A stretch of 64,000 nucleotides of DNA, from contig CAZNYB010000001.1 of NCBI GenBank assembly GCA_964577155.1, forward strand, positions 3,250-67,249, in the 5' to 3' direction. This DNA is from an uncultured Thermomicrobiales bacterium (GTDB lineage Bacteria; Chloroflexota; Chloroflexia; Thermomicrobiales; CFX8). Below the pieces are notes generated by a model. That model saw nothing but the letters and a program-made list of their open reading frames with translations. It was not told the DNA's origin and searched no databases. Below, piece by piece: positions 1 through 13,967 of the stretch; positions within the stretch are counted from its first letter, which is position 1, and each line of letters opens with the position of its first letter. The position numbers and the translations under genes are program-made.

Positions 1-1
1 G

Positions 2-1183
2 TACGCTGGCACTGAGACGGGACTGTATATCTCTTTTGACGATGGGGATAGCTGGCAGTCATTTCAAGGAAACCTGCCGGTTGCGCCGGTCCACGATCTG
101 GTGATCAAGAACACCGACCTCGTCGTCGCCAGCCATGGCCGGTCTTTCTGGATACTGGACGACATAACACCGCTCCACCAGCTGATGAGCGACGACCAGG
201 AAACAGAAGCGAAGTTGTTCCAGCCCCGCCCTACGTTCCGCTTCCGGTACAACCAGTTCATCGACTCGCGGGTTGATGACTACACCGGTTACCGGATGGC
301 TGGCCCGGTGACGGTCGCTTACAACATTGAAAAAAGCCCGTCTGGCGCGGTAACCCAGTCGTTCCTGGATGCCGGGAAGAATCCGCCGGATGGCGTGATC
401 GTGCACTTCTATCTTGCCGATGAAACTGAAGATGAAGTGCGACTTACCTTCCTGCGTCAGGACGGCACAAGGATCAGGACATTCAGTTCAACGAGCGAAA
501 CATCATCGAACAAGCTTGAGATCCGGAGTGGCGCGAATCGTTTCATCTGGGATATGAGGGAACAGCCAGAGACGCCTGAAGATGAGGCCAGTGAACCGGA
601 TATGTTCGCGGCGTTCATGCAGACGAATCTGGGGCCGAAGGTCGTTCCTGGTTCATACCAGGTCCAGCTGGCGGTCGGCGAGTGGGTCTTCACCCATACG
701 TTTGAGATTCTGGCTGACCCACGTGTGGCGGCAACCCTGGCTGATCTCCAGGCTCAGTACGATCTGTTGCTGCGTATTCGTGACAAAGTGTCTGAGATAA
801 ATGTGACGCTGAACGATCTGCGCCGCCGTCGGAAACAGGTCAATGACATTGTTGGCCTGGTCGAGTTGTCTGAGGGTGATCCCCAGATGATCGAACTGGC
901 CCGGTCAATCGTCGAAAAATATGACGACGTCGAAGGAGACTTCCTGAATCTGCAGGGCGCAAGCCCGTTGGGATTCCCAAATCAGCTCCGCGAGAAACTG
1001 GTGAGCCTGGTGCGCTTTGTCGACAGCGCCGATGCCGCCCCGACGCAGCAGTCCATGGAAGTATTCGATGTGCTGGCGGATCAGGTTGATGAACGGATTA
1101 GCTGGATCGACGAAACCATCGCTCCGGAGATCGAGATGCTCAGTCAATCGGTCAAGGACATACAGCTAGATCCAATTGTTTAA
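2..1183 (+). CDS. BNR/Asp-box (sortilin/VPS10-like) beta-propeller protein, C-terminal part; the 5' end lies outside the window
   Basis: The frame is open from base 2. The translation YAGTETGLYISFDDGDSWQSFQGNLP...SHGRSFWILDDITPLHQL aligns closely with the C-terminal third of the full-length paralogs at 1228..4335 and 8711..11842. Confidence 0.85.
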   Translation, partial: YAGTETGLYISFDDGDSWQSFQGNLPVAPVHDLVIKNTDLVVASHGRSFWILDDITPLHQLMSDDQETEAKLFQPRPTFRFRYNQFIDSRVDDYTGYRMAGPVTVAYNIEKSPSGAVTQSFLDAGKNPPDGVIVHFYLADETEDEVRLTFLRQDGTRIRTFSSTSETSSNKLEIRSGANRFIWDMREQPETPEDEASEPDMFAAFMQTNLGPKVVPGSYQVQLAVGEWVFTHTFEILADPRVAATLADLQAQYDLLLRIRDKVSEINVTLNDLRRRRKQVNDIVGLVELSEGDPQMIELARSIVEKYDDVEGDFLNLQGASPLGFPNQLREKLVSLVRFVDSADAAPTQQSMEVFDVLADQVDERISWIDETIAPEIEMLSQSVKDIQLDPIV

Positions 1184-1227
1184 GGTACGGTGGCAGCTCG
1201 GATTGAAGGTATCTACGGAGGAAATGC

Positions 1228-4200
1228 ATGGATCCAAGACTACTTGAGTCGTTGAAGTGGCGCAGTATCGGTCCGCACCGGGGTGGCAGAGTGATTACTG
1301 TCGCCGGTCACCCGACCGAGAAAGCGACCTTCTACTTTGGCGCCTGCGCTGGCGGTGTCTGGAAGACGACGAACGGCGGTTCCCACTGGCGCAACATTAG
1401 CGATGGCTTCTTTCAGACGTCCGCTATCGGAGCGCTGGCAATTGCCCCATCCGACCCGAACGTTATCTATGCTGGAACCGGCGAGGTGACGATTCGCAGC
1501 AATGTCTCGCATGGTGACGGTGTCTACCGATCCACCGATGGCGGACGAACCTGGCGCAATATGGGTCTGGCAGAAACTCGCCACATCGGCGACATCATCG
1601 TTCACCCGGACGATGCCAATACGGTCTATGTCGCGGCGTTCGGCGACGCCTTCAGCACAAATCCCGAGCGTGGTGTCTACCGCTCCACTGACGGTGGTGA
1701 AAGCTGGGAGCTGGTGCTCTTCAAGAGCGACCGGGCCGGGGCGGTTGACCTGGCAATGGATCTCACGAACCCGCGCATTCTCTTCGCTTCGATCTATCAG
1801 GCGCGCCGCTACCCGCACTCCATCGAGAGCGGTGGGGAAGATAGCGGTCTCTGGCGTTCCTTCGATGGCGGCGAGAGCTGGGAGGAGATAACCCGGAACA
1901 GTGCATTACCCCAGGGCGTGATCGGCAAGATCGGCATTGCCACGTCACCGGCAAGACCGGGTCGGATCTGGGCGGTCGTCGAAGCCGAGGACGGCGCTAC
2001 CTTCCGCTCGGATGACTATGGCGATACCTGGATCCGGCTGGCCGAGGATTCAGCGCTGCGTCGCCGGCCGTTCTACTACATGCACCTGATCGCTGATCCG
2101 AGCGACCCGGACACGGTCTGGAATATGAACCTGAGTTGCTGGAAGTCGATTGACGGCGGCGCAACCTTTTCGACGATCGATACACCTCACGGCGACAACC
2201 ACGCGCTCTGGATCGATCCTGAAGATTCCGATCGGATGATCCAGGGGAACGACGGTGGCGCCAATGTCTCCTTCGACGGCGGTCGCACCTGGTCGACAAT
2301 TCTCAACCAGCCTACGGCGCAGTTCTACCATGTCATCGCCGACGATCAAGTTCCCTATAATGTCTATGGCTCACAACAGGACAACTGGGCGATGCGACTG
2401 CCGAGCATCAGCTTTGAAGGCGCAATCACCTGGAAAGACTACGTCGAACCAGGCGGCGGGGAATCGGGACATATCGCTGTCAAGCCGACGCCTCCCTACA
2501 CCGTCTACGGCGGTGGAATCGGAACTGGTCCTGGCGATGGCCGGTTGCTGGCCTGGAACCCGGATACCCGGCAGATCCGCAATGTCACCGTCTGGCCGGA
2601 GACGTTTGGCTACGGCGCTCACCGGCAGAAGTACCGCTTTCACTGGACCTTCCCGACTGAGGTATCGCCACATAATCCTGAAGCGGTCTATGTCTGCTCA
2701 CAGTTCGTTCACCGTTCAACCGACGAAGGAGCAAGCTGGGAGATTATCAGTCCGGATCTGACCCGCAACGATCCGACCAAGCTGGAAGGATCTGGCGGAC
2801 CGATTACGCCGGAACGCGGTGCCGCGGAGATGTACTGCACGATCTTTGCCTTCAAGGAATCGCCACACCGGCAAGGGTTGTTCTGGGCTGGTAGCGATGA
2901 TGGGCTGGTGCATATCTCCCGCGACGGCGGCGCTAACTGGACCAACATCACCCCACCGGATATGCCGGAGTGGGGCAAGGTCTCGATTCTCGAACTCTCG
3001 GCGTTCGACGAAGGCACCGCCTACCTGGCAGTCATCCGCTATATGCTCGGCGACCGGACTCCGTATATCTTCAAGACAAGTGATTTTGGCGAGACCTGGG
3101 AATCAATCGGCAGCGGAATACCCGACGGTGAATTTGTGCGGGTGGTCCGGGAGGACCCGAACCGGCAGGGGTTGCTCTACGCCGGCACAGAAACCGGTCT
3201 GTACATCTCCTTCGATGATGGCGGATCGTGGCAGCGATTTCAGGGTAATCTGCCGGTCTGCCCGATTCACGATATCGTCGTCAAAGACACCGATCTCATC
3301 GCCGGAACCCATGGCCGCTCGTTCTGGATTCTGGATGACCTGACACCTCTGCACCAGATGGCCGACGACATCGCCGCTGAGTCGATGCACCTCTTTGCGC
3401 CAAGAGATACCGTTCGCTTCAAACTCTACGGCCGCATGTTTGACCGCAAAGAACCGAAGCCAGCTACCAACTACCAGATGATTGGACCCGTCACGGTTGC
3501 GTTGGATCCGGTGAAGACGCCAATGGGAACCTACGAGCCAGCCTACCTTGACGCGGGGGCTAACCCGCCTGATGGAGTGATCGTCCACTACTGGTTGGCT
3601 GAATCTCCATCTGGTGAGGTTTCATTGACCTTCCTCGACAACGATGGACATGCGATCCGAACCGTTACCAGTGCTCAGGAGCAAGCGCCGCGCGTTCCTG
3701 CCAAAGCCGGAGCAAACCGTTTCGTCTGGGACATGCGCTACGATCAGGCTGTGGCCTGGACCGGCGGCAACGATGGGCTGGCTGACAATCTGCCGCCGAA
3801 GGCAACGCCAGGTCCGTATCAGGTCCAGCTTGACGTAGATGGAACTTCACAGACGCAGTCGTTTGCGATTCTTCCGGACCCGAGACTGTCGGTTACCCAG
3901 GCGGATCTGGAATCTCAGCGTGATCTCAAGCTAGCTATGCGCAACAGGATCTCCGAGATCCACGAAGCTGCCAACAGCATCGCCGCAGTTACCTCACAGA
4001 TTGACCAGTGGCTTGACCGGGCCGGTACCTCGGACGAAGTCCGTGATGCCGGCGTTGCCTTGCGTGAGAAAATGGCGGAGATCGAAGGCGTTTTAGTGCA
4101 AACCGACCCTGATGGACGAAAACGTGGTCCGCAGCCGATGGCGAACCGGCTCATCACGATGTCGACCATGCTCGACGAAGGAGACTATGCGCCGACGGCA

Positions 4201-4335
4201 CAAATGGATGAAGCTTTTGCCGTCGTCTCCGAAAAAACCGGTAAGCAACTGGATGCCCTGCAAACGCTAATCAACGAAGATCTAGCGGCGTTCAACGAAC
4301 TGGTAGCCGGGAGCGATCAGCCGCCGATTGGCTAG
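1228..4335 (+). CDS. BNR/Asp-box repeat beta-propeller protein (sortilin/VPS10-like, often annotated as glycosyl hydrolase BNR repeat protein), 1035 aa
   Basis: GGAGG lies 6 nt upstream of the ATG. There are about ten Asp-box motifs (STDGGRTWRN, STDGGESWEL, SFDGGESWEE, SDDYGDTWIR, SIDGGATFST, SFDGGRTWST, STDEGASWEI, SRDGGANWTN, TSDFGETWES, SFDDGGSWQR). No N-terminal signal peptide is visible. Confidence 0.85.
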   Translation: MDPRLLESLKWRSIGPHRGGRVITVAGHPTEKATFYFGACAGGVWKTTNGGSHWRNISDGFFQTSAIGALAIAPSDPNVIYAGTGEVTIRSNVSHGDGVYRSTDGGRTWRNMGLAETRHIGDIIVHPDDANTVYVAAFGDAFSTNPERGVYRSTDGGESWELVLFKSDRAGAVDLAMDLTNPRILFASIYQARRYPHSIESGGEDSGLWRSFDGGESWEEITRNSALPQGVIGKIGIATSPARPGRIWAVVEAEDGATFRSDDYGDTWIRLAEDSALRRRPFYYMHLIADPSDPDTVWNMNLSCWKSIDGGATFSTIDTPHGDNHALWIDPEDSDRMIQGNDGGANVSFDGGRTWSTILNQPTAQFYHVIADDQVPYNVYGSQQDNWAMRLPSISFEGAITWKDYVEPGGGESGHIAVKPTPPYTVYGGGIGTGPGDGRLLAWNPDTRQIRNVTVWPETFGYGAHRQKYRFHWTFPTEVSPHNPEAVYVCSQFVHRSTDEGASWEIISPDLTRNDPTKLEGSGGPITPERGAAEMYCTIFAFKESPHRQGLFWAGSDDGLVHISRDGGANWTNITPPDMPEWGKVSILELSAFDEGTAYLAVIRYMLGDRTPYIFKTSDFGETWESIGSGIPDGEFVRVVREDPNRQGLLYAGTETGLYISFDDGGSWQRFQGNLPVCPIHDIVVKDTDLIAGTHGRSFWILDDLTPLHQMADDIAAESMHLFAPRDTVRFKLYGRMFDRKEPKPATNYQMIGPVTVALDPVKTPMGTYEPAYLDAGANPPDGVIVHYWLAESPSGEVSLTFLDNDGHAIRTVTSAQEQAPRVPAKAGANRFVWDMRYDQAVAWTGGNDGLADNLPPKATPGPYQVQLDVDGTSQTQSFAILPDPRLSVTQADLESQRDLKLAMRNRISEIHEAANSIAAVTSQIDQWLDRAGTSDEVRDAGVALREKMAEIEGVLVQTDPDGRKRGPQPMANRLITMSTMLDEGDYAPTAQMDEAFAVVSEKTGKQLDALQTLINEDLAAFNELVAGSDQPPIG

Positions 4336-4475
4336 GAGATATTGATGCATTGCCGGAAGTTCGAATGAACGAAATTCGCAAATCCTGATGTGCAATTTTG
4401 TGATATAAGATTCCCGACCCGATGCGAAATCAGACCCTGCGAGCTATACCGTAGAGCCGTAGAAAGGTAAGAAGG

Positions 4476-7367
4476 GTGAGCGACAACAAAAACATTCTCA
4501 TCATGGCCGGCTACCAGGCGATCGAGCCAGCTACCAAGGACTTCGACCAGCTGGTGCAACTGGTCAAGGACAAAACCATCAAAACTGATGGCATGATTCT
4601 CGTGCAGCACGACGAGGACGACAACGTATCCATTCGTGAAACTGGCGATCACCGAGGCCGCAAGGGCGCTGGTTGGGGTGGTGGCGTTGGCCTGCTTGTT
4701 GGTCTTGCTGCCCCACCGCTACTGGCCTCGGTCGCCGTTGGCGCGGCCGGTGGCGCGCTCATCGGCAAGTTCGTCGACCACCGGGTAGAGAGCGGCATCG
4801 AGCAGGGTATCGGCGATAAGCTCAAGCCTGGCACGGCTGCCATCCTGGCCATCGTTCGCGAAGAGGATCGCCTGGCTGCTGAGCAGGCCATGGCGCAGTC
4901 ACCGGCCAAGTCGGTGGCCGAGGTCGATGATGGACTCAAATCCGCCGTCGAAGAAGCGGCTGGGAAGTTCAATCCAGACCGCACCAAATTGCCAATACCC
5001 GACCGGAGCTTTGGCGGGACGATGGGACATGATCTCGGAACCTCGGTCGGTGACTGGACCATCGTCCCGGGTCCGCAGCCGCCGGATGGCGCGCCGAACG
5101 TGCTCGTTGTCCTGATTGACGACGCCGGTTTCGGCGGTCCCGACACCTTCGGTGGCGGCATCTCAACACCGAACCTCACCCGCGTCGAGCAGATGGGTGT
5201 GAAGTACAACCGGTTCCACGTAACGGCAGTTTGCTCGCCAACAAGAGCCGCCCTGCTAACTGGACGTAACCACCACCGTGTTGGCATGGGTACGATTGCT
5301 GAATTGCCGGGACCATACCCGGGCTATACTGGAATGCGACCGCGCAGCTGTACTGCATTGCCACGCATCCTGAAAGAGAATGGCTACATTACCGCTGGTT
5401 TTGGCAAGTGGCATCTGACTCCGGGCAGTCAGATGGGCGCGGCCGGACCGATGGATCACTGGCCTATGTCGTGGGGCTTCGATCACTGGTATGGATTTCT
5501 CACCGGAGCTGCCGGCCAGTACGATCCCATCATCACGCTGGACAACACGACGATCGGGGTACCCGAAGGGAAGAATGGCGAACTCTATTACTTCCCGGAC
5601 GACATCACCGATAAATCCATTGAATGGCTGCATGCCGTTCGGGCGCAAGATGCCCAAAAGCCCTGGATGATGTACTACTCAACCGGCTGTAGCCACGCTC
5701 CACACCATGTCTTCAAAGATTGGGCAGACAAGTACAAGGGCAAGTTCGATCAGGGCTGGGACAACTACCGCGAGGAGACGCTGGAGCGCCAGAAGCAGCT
5801 CGGCATCGTTCCGCAGGACACCGAGCTGACCGAGCGACCCGACCTCTTCCCGGCCTGGGACTCGCTCTCTGACGCGCAGCAGCAACTCTATGCCCGCCAG
5901 ATGGAGGTGTTCGCCGGCTACTCCGAGAACGCCGACTGGAACGTTGGCCGGCTACTCGACGCCATCGACGAAATGGGCGACCTGGACAATACCCTTGTAG
6001 TCTACATCTGGGGTGATAATGGTTCGAGTATGGAGGGGACGCTCACCGGCTCCTTCAACGAGACGACGTTCTTCAACGGCATCGTTCTCGAGGCTGATGA
6101 ACAACTCAAGCTGATCGAGAAATTCGGTGGCATCGAGGCGCTTGGCGGTTTCCACACCGCGCCGCACTTCGCCGCCGCCTGGGCCTGGGCCAACAATGCG
6201 CCGTTCCAGTGGGGCAAGCAGATGGCAAGCCACCTCGGTGGAACCCGTAATCCGATGATCGTTGCCTGGCCGGACAAAATCAGCCCCGACGCGACGGTTC
6301 GCAGCCAGTTTACCCACTGTATAGATGTCGCCCCGACCGTGCTGGAGCTGGTTGGGATTCCAGAGCCGACCCAGGTCGATGGTATCGATCAGGAGCCGAT
6401 GGATGGCACCAGCTTCGCCTACACTTTGGACGACGCAACGGCCGACGAGCAGCACACCGTTCAGTACTTCGAGATGCTTGGCAGCCGGGCGATGTACAAA
6501 GATGGCTGGTGGGCTTGCGCCAAGCTGGACAAGATCCCCTGGGACTTCAGCCAGGAGACGATGCAGCGATTCGCGCCTGGCGCCTGGGATCCAGAGCAAG
6601 ACCCCTGGGAACTCTACTACTTGCCGGATGATTTCTCGCAGGCGAACGATCTGGCTGCCGAGCATCCCGATAAGCTTGCCGAACTGAAAGAGCTATTCTG
6701 GCAGGAAGCTGAACGAAATCGAGTTCTTCCGTTGCTTGCAGCATTTTCAGTATGGCTGGGTGATCTGCCGCCAACACCAAATATTTCACGATTTAACTAC
6801 GCTGGCGATGTTCAGAACGTGCAGACGACGATGATCCCGCGCATCTACGGCCAGTCCTATGCCATTGAGGCGGACATCAATGTCCCGGATGGCGGGGCAG
6901 AAGGGGTTCTCGTTGCATTCGCCGATTTCATCGGCGGCTTCGCTCTCTGGGTCGATGACAAAGGCATGCTGAACCACACTTATCAGTATCTCGGCGTGGA
7001 CACCTATAAACAGACGTCAACCAAACCAGTCCCAACCGGCGACGTCACAGTGAAAATGCTCTTCGAGATCGACGAGCCAAAGCCCGGCTCTGGCGGAAAA
7101 GTGACACTCTGGGCAGGTGACGAACAGATCGGTGACGGCAAACTCGACAACACCGTTTCCCTGCTCTACACAACGTACGCTGGGATGGATATCGGTCGTG
7201 ATAACGGTGGTGTCGTTGATCTGGCTTACGAAGACAAGGCGCCGTACGCCTTCACCGGCACGGTAAAGAACGTCGTCTTCGATCTGAAGCCAGAGCATCA
7301 TGAACACGGCCAGGAACTTCATGCCGCCGCGCAGCAGGCTGCCGTTGTGGCAGGGATTCACGGTTAG
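4476..7367 (+). CDS. Fusion protein: N-terminal DUF1269-like glycine-zipper membrane domain joined to a type I (formylglycine) arylsulfatase
   Basis: Residues ~1-150 have the DUF1269-like layout: an alpha/beta half, GAGWGGGVGLLVGLAAPPLLASVAVGAAGGALIG, then a second half. Next comes the sulfatase core with NVLVVLIDDAGFG and the Cys-type signature CSPTRAALLTGRNHHRVG, followed by GKWHL and a long C-terminal extension. GTG start. Confidence 0.8.
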   Translation: MSDNKNILIMAGYQAIEPATKDFDQLVQLVKDKTIKTDGMILVQHDEDDNVSIRETGDHRGRKGAGWGGGVGLLVGLAAPPLLASVAVGAAGGALIGKFVDHRVESGIEQGIGDKLKPGTAAILAIVREEDRLAAEQAMAQSPAKSVAEVDDGLKSAVEEAAGKFNPDRTKLPIPDRSFGGTMGHDLGTSVGDWTIVPGPQPPDGAPNVLVVLIDDAGFGGPDTFGGGISTPNLTRVEQMGVKYNRFHVTAVCSPTRAALLTGRNHHRVGMGTIAELPGPYPGYTGMRPRSCTALPRILKENGYITAGFGKWHLTPGSQMGAAGPMDHWPMSWGFDHWYGFLTGAAGQYDPIITLDNTTIGVPEGKNGELYYFPDDITDKSIEWLHAVRAQDAQKPWMMYYSTGCSHAPHHVFKDWADKYKGKFDQGWDNYREETLERQKQLGIVPQDTELTERPDLFPAWDSLSDAQQQLYARQMEVFAGYSENADWNVGRLLDAIDEMGDLDNTLVVYIWGDNGSSMEGTLTGSFNETTFFNGIVLEADEQLKLIEKFGGIEALGGFHTAPHFAAAWAWANNAPFQWGKQMASHLGGTRNPMIVAWPDKISPDATVRSQFTHCIDVAPTVLELVGIPEPTQVDGIDQEPMDGTSFAYTLDDATADEQHTVQYFEMLGSRAMYKDGWWACAKLDKIPWDFSQETMQRFAPGAWDPEQDPWELYYLPDDFSQANDLAAEHPDKLAELKELFWQEAERNRVLPLLAAFSVWLGDLPPTPNISRFNYAGDVQNVQTTMIPRIYGQSYAIEADINVPDGGAEGVLVAFADFIGGFALWVDDKGMLNHTYQYLGVDTYKQTSTKPVPTGDVTVKMLFEIDEPKPGSGGKVTLWAGDEQIGDGKLDNTVSLLYTTYAGMDIGRDNGGVVDLAYEDKAPYAFTGTVKNVVFDLKPEHHEHGQELHAAAQQAAVVAGIHG

Positions 7368-7380
7368 CATTAAGTAGATT

Positions 7381-7416
7381 ATCCGGGTGGTGGAGTGTCC
7401 TCTCCACCGCCCGGAT
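7381..7416 (+). terminator. Strong stem-loop immediately after the sulfatase stop (15-bp stem with one G.U pair, 6-nt loop); no U-tract
   Basis: ATCCGGGTGGTGGAG-tgtcct-CTCCACCGCCCGGAT begins 14 nt after the stop at 7367. The missing T-run makes intrinsic-terminator function uncertain. Confidence 0.45.
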
Positions 7417-7463
7417 CCAGCTCGATCGCAACTCGCCTCTGAATCTCCAGGAGTAGTAACTGG

Positions 7464-8681
7464 GTGAATACTCCGGCTGTTGATGCTCAAGAATCCGGAA
7501 TGAGGTCTTCGCAGCGGACCGTTGCCCTGCAATCGGCTGCGCTAGTCGGGATGCAGGAGCGCGCTACGAAGCTACTGGAGCAGGGTCGCCAGCTCTACCC
7601 GCTTGTCCTGGGTGAATCCGACCTGCCGACGCCGAGGCACATCGTCGAGGCTGGGCAACGAGCGTTGGCTGATGGGTATACCCGATATCCGCCAGGGTTG
7701 GGGTATCCCGAACTGCGAGAAGCGATTGCCCGGAAGGTGCAATACGAGAATCAGTTTTCAATCGATTCGGCAACTCAGGTGTTTGTGACGAACGGTAGCG
7801 GACTCGGTATCTACCTGGCGCTCATCTGTATGACTGATCCCGGCGATGAGGTCATGGTCAGCGGTCCGACCTATGGACCATTCCTCGATGCCATCGAGCT
7901 GGCCGGCGCTAAACCAGTGTTTGCGCGCCAATACGCGGATTCAACCGGGCAGTTGCGCTGGGATCCGGAGATCCTGGCATCAGTTGTCTCCAGACGCAGC
8001 AAAGCCATCATGATCAACACACCGTCCGCGCCGACCGGCACGGTGATGGCTGCGGAAGAACTTACCATGCTGGGTAGGTTTGCCATTGACCATGATCTGG
8101 GGATCATCTCGGACGAGGTGTTCGAGCACCTGCTCTTCGACGATCGCCAACACCTGAGCATCGCGGCGCTGGACTCCGGGTTTGCCCGGCGAACCGTTAC
8201 CGTCTTCAGCTTTTCGAAGAGCTACGCGATGACCGGTTGGCGGCTTGGCTACAACGTTGGCCCGGCATCACTGATAGCGGCTATGGAACGCGCTTCGCTG
8301 GCTTTTGGCCGTCCGGCGGCAGCCTTCACCCAGATTGCTGGTATTCAGGCATTGCTCGGTCCGCAGGACTTCATACCTTTAATGGTTCGGCACTACACCC
8401 AACGCCGAAACCTCATCGACGCCGAACTGGCTTCACTTCCAAACGTCGGCCGGGTGACGCCCGAGGGTTCGTTCTACTATTTTCTGGACTTCTCCGCGTA
8501 CGGAAACGACAGCCGGGAAATTGCGGAAGAGTTGCTGGAACGCTCCGGCGTGATCCTGACACCTGGAACCTTTTACGGTCCAGCCGGGCAGGGCTGGCTG
8601 CGGCTTTCCTTCGCCGGCGACGAGCAAACGATCTTGAGCGGCCTCGAACAGTTGCGAGTTGCTCTCGAATCCTGGCAATGA
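7464..8681 (+). CDS. Class I/II pyridoxal-phosphate aminotransferase (aspartate/aromatic aminotransferase-like)
   Basis: Family layout: GESDLPTP near the N-terminus, an NTPSAPTG block, and the PLP-lysine motif SFSKSYAMTGWRLGY. AGGAG lies ~9 nt upstream of the GTG. An alternative ATG start is at 7500. Confidence 0.8.
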   Translation: MNTPAVDAQESGMRSSQRTVALQSAALVGMQERATKLLEQGRQLYPLVLGESDLPTPRHIVEAGQRALADGYTRYPPGLGYPELREAIARKVQYENQFSIDSATQVFVTNGSGLGIYLALICMTDPGDEVMVSGPTYGPFLDAIELAGAKPVFARQYADSTGQLRWDPEILASVVSRRSKAIMINTPSAPTGTVMAAEELTMLGRFAIDHDLGIISDEVFEHLLFDDRQHLSIAALDSGFARRTVTVFSFSKSYAMTGWRLGYNVGPASLIAAMERASLAFGRPAAAFTQIAGIQALLGPQDFIPLMVRHYTQRRNLIDAELASLPNVGRVTPEGSFYYFLDFSAYGNDSREIAEELLERSGVILTPGTFYGPAGQGWLRLSFAGDEQTILSGLEQLRVALESWQ

Positions 8682-8710
8682 ATCGTTCACCTCTTTCGTC
8701 TGATTTGCCC

Positions 8711-11834
<3,124 letters not shown>

Positions 11835-11842
<8 letters not shown>

Positions 11843-13400
11843 TGGCTGTTGCTACCCTCTCCCGTTCCTGATCGCGAAGCACTCTGCGAAGGATTTTCCC
11901 GGAAGCTGCTTTCGGGATAACGTCGACGAATTCGACCATTCTGATGCGTTTTTGCGGGGAGACCTGTTCAGCCACGTAGGCCATGATCTCTTCTTGAGAG
12001 ATCTCGTCCGCCAGGACGCAATAGGCTTTCGGCACTTCGCCATGTTCGTCCGAGGGGCTACCAATAACTGCGGCGTCGGCTATCTTTGGATGCGCGGTCA
12101 GGATGCCTTCCAGCTCGGCAGGCGCAACTTGATAGGCGTTGTATTTAATGAGCTCTTTCAGCCGGTCGGTGATATAGAGGAACCCGTCCTGGTCAATTCG
12201 CCCGATGTCGCCAGTCCGCAGCCAGCCATCATCGGTAATGGTTTCGGCGGTTGCCTGTGGCTGGTTGAGGTATCCCTTCATCACCTGAGGTCCACGGACC
12301 CAGAGTTCGCCTTCTTCATTTGCTCCCAGCGGCGCCAGCGTGTCGATATCGACGATCATGCATTCGGTATTCGGGATGGCTGGTCCTACGGAGCCGACGT
12401 TTGAGACATTGTCCGGCATCAAGTGGGTGACCGGGCTGAGTTCGGTCATGCCGTAGGCTTGCTTCACCGGGACGTTCAGCCGCTTGCTGGCCGTCTGCGC
12501 GGTCGCAACGCCAATCGGCGCGGCTGCCGACAACACAACCTGCAGGTGGGAAAGATCGTAATTGTCAACGATCGGGTGGTGAGCGAGACCGAGGACAATT
12601 GGCGGCACCAGATAGGCTCGCGTTACTTTGTAATCCTGAAGAATACGCAGGAAATGCTCCATATCGAATCGTGGCATGGTCACCACACAGGCGCCTTGAT
12701 AAATCGAGAGATGCAAGAAAATCATCATGCCGTAGATGTGGTAAAGCGGCAGGATGCCGACCAGGACGTCTTCTTCACGAAAGGGTTCGGCAACGATCGT
12801 CTGACTGGTATTGCAAACAAGATTCCGGTGGGTGAGCATAACTCCTTTCGGGAGGCCGGTGGTGCCACTCGAATATGGCAGCACGGCGACGTCGTCTCCG
12901 GAAATGTCTACCTCCGGTGGATCGTTGTTAGACTCCAGATCCGTAAATGGCGTTGCCCCTTCAGTTTCTCCAAACACGAATATTTCTTCAACTCTGGTTC
13001 CCTTAGCAGCCACAATGGAAATCTCAACGAACAGGGGATCGGTGATCAGGAATCTGGCGTTGGCGTCAATCAGCTGGTGGTTGAGTTCGGATGCCGTATA
13101 GAGCGGGTTAGCCGTGGTGACAATGCCGCCGAGCTTCAATGCTGCGAAGTAGGCAATCGGCCACTCGATTCGGTTCGGGCTGAAAATACAAACAACATCC
13201 CCTTTGCCGAATCCTCGCTCCGAGAGGCCGGCAGCTGTGCGATCAATACGGTTCGCAAGGTCTACATAGGACAGCCTTTCGCCTGTCATTCCGTCGATGA
13301 AGGCGGGTTTTTCACCTCGTGAGCGGACCTTCTCCAGAATAAATTCTGGCTGTGAAACCTCTGGAAAGGTGATGTCCTGGTAGGGACTCTGAACGATCAC
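11835..13400 (-). CDS. AMP-dependent synthetase/ligase (acyl-CoA or 4-coumarate-CoA ligase-like)
   Basis: AMP-binding signature LPYSSGTTGLPKGVMLTHRNL, a GELWVRGPQVMKGY block, TGDIGRIDQDGFLYITDRLKELIK and a terminal K in PKAASGKILRR. Confidence 0.85.
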
Positions 13401-13741
13401 GGTTCCTCCTTTGCCTGCAAAGAATATACCCGCTGTCTGGCTGCGATTTTCAAACGCACACTACTGCAACGAACCAGCGAACGTCAAATACATTGACGAT
13501 GGTTGAAACATTCCGAACGCGTTCGTTGACGGCAAGAACAGGCACAACATGTTTGCCGGTGAGGGTGGTATCGGTTTGATGACTGAACATACGTCTGCGG
13601 AAATCACCTATATCCAATGATGTCGAGATCGTGAACCGGAATGAGTGATCTCCTCGATGTCTGATTGCTGAAAACCAGGCATGATAGTCATATCGAAAGA
13701 TCTGGCACAACGGAGTGCCAGATTTCAGGCCAGAGGAGGCA

Positions 13742-13906
13742 ATGATGACACAGCAGGAACTGCGAACCGGCAAAGCAGTGTTGGAGCCGGTGTCAGGCGG
13801 TCAGATCCACATCGGCGGCCATGGTCAGGGGTGGAACGACTGGATGGGACGCCAGGCATACAAATATCGAATCGCGTCGAAAAAAGGCAGAACCCAACCC
13901 GAATAA
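13742..13906 (+). CDS. Small hypothetical protein (54 aa)
   Basis: A perfect AGGAGG lies 5 nt upstream of ATGATG (..ccagAGGAGGcaATGATG..). The ORF sits in an otherwise non-coding 0.9-kb gap. No recognisable motif. Confidence 0.4.
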   Translation: MMTQQELRTGKAVLEPVSGGQIHIGGHGQGWNDWMGRQAYKYRIASKKGRTQPE

Positions 13907-13967
13907 GATCAGATTACGAAGTTACTCACGCAATGGAGCGTGGCAATAGACACTGGAGGTCGCTTGA

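Noticed and set aside
13450-13773. A 107-aa minus-strand ORF in the gap upstream of the CoA ligase.
   Set aside because: It has no SD and an odd composition, and it overlaps the better-supported plus-strand small ORF region. It is probably non-coding promoter/UTR sequence.
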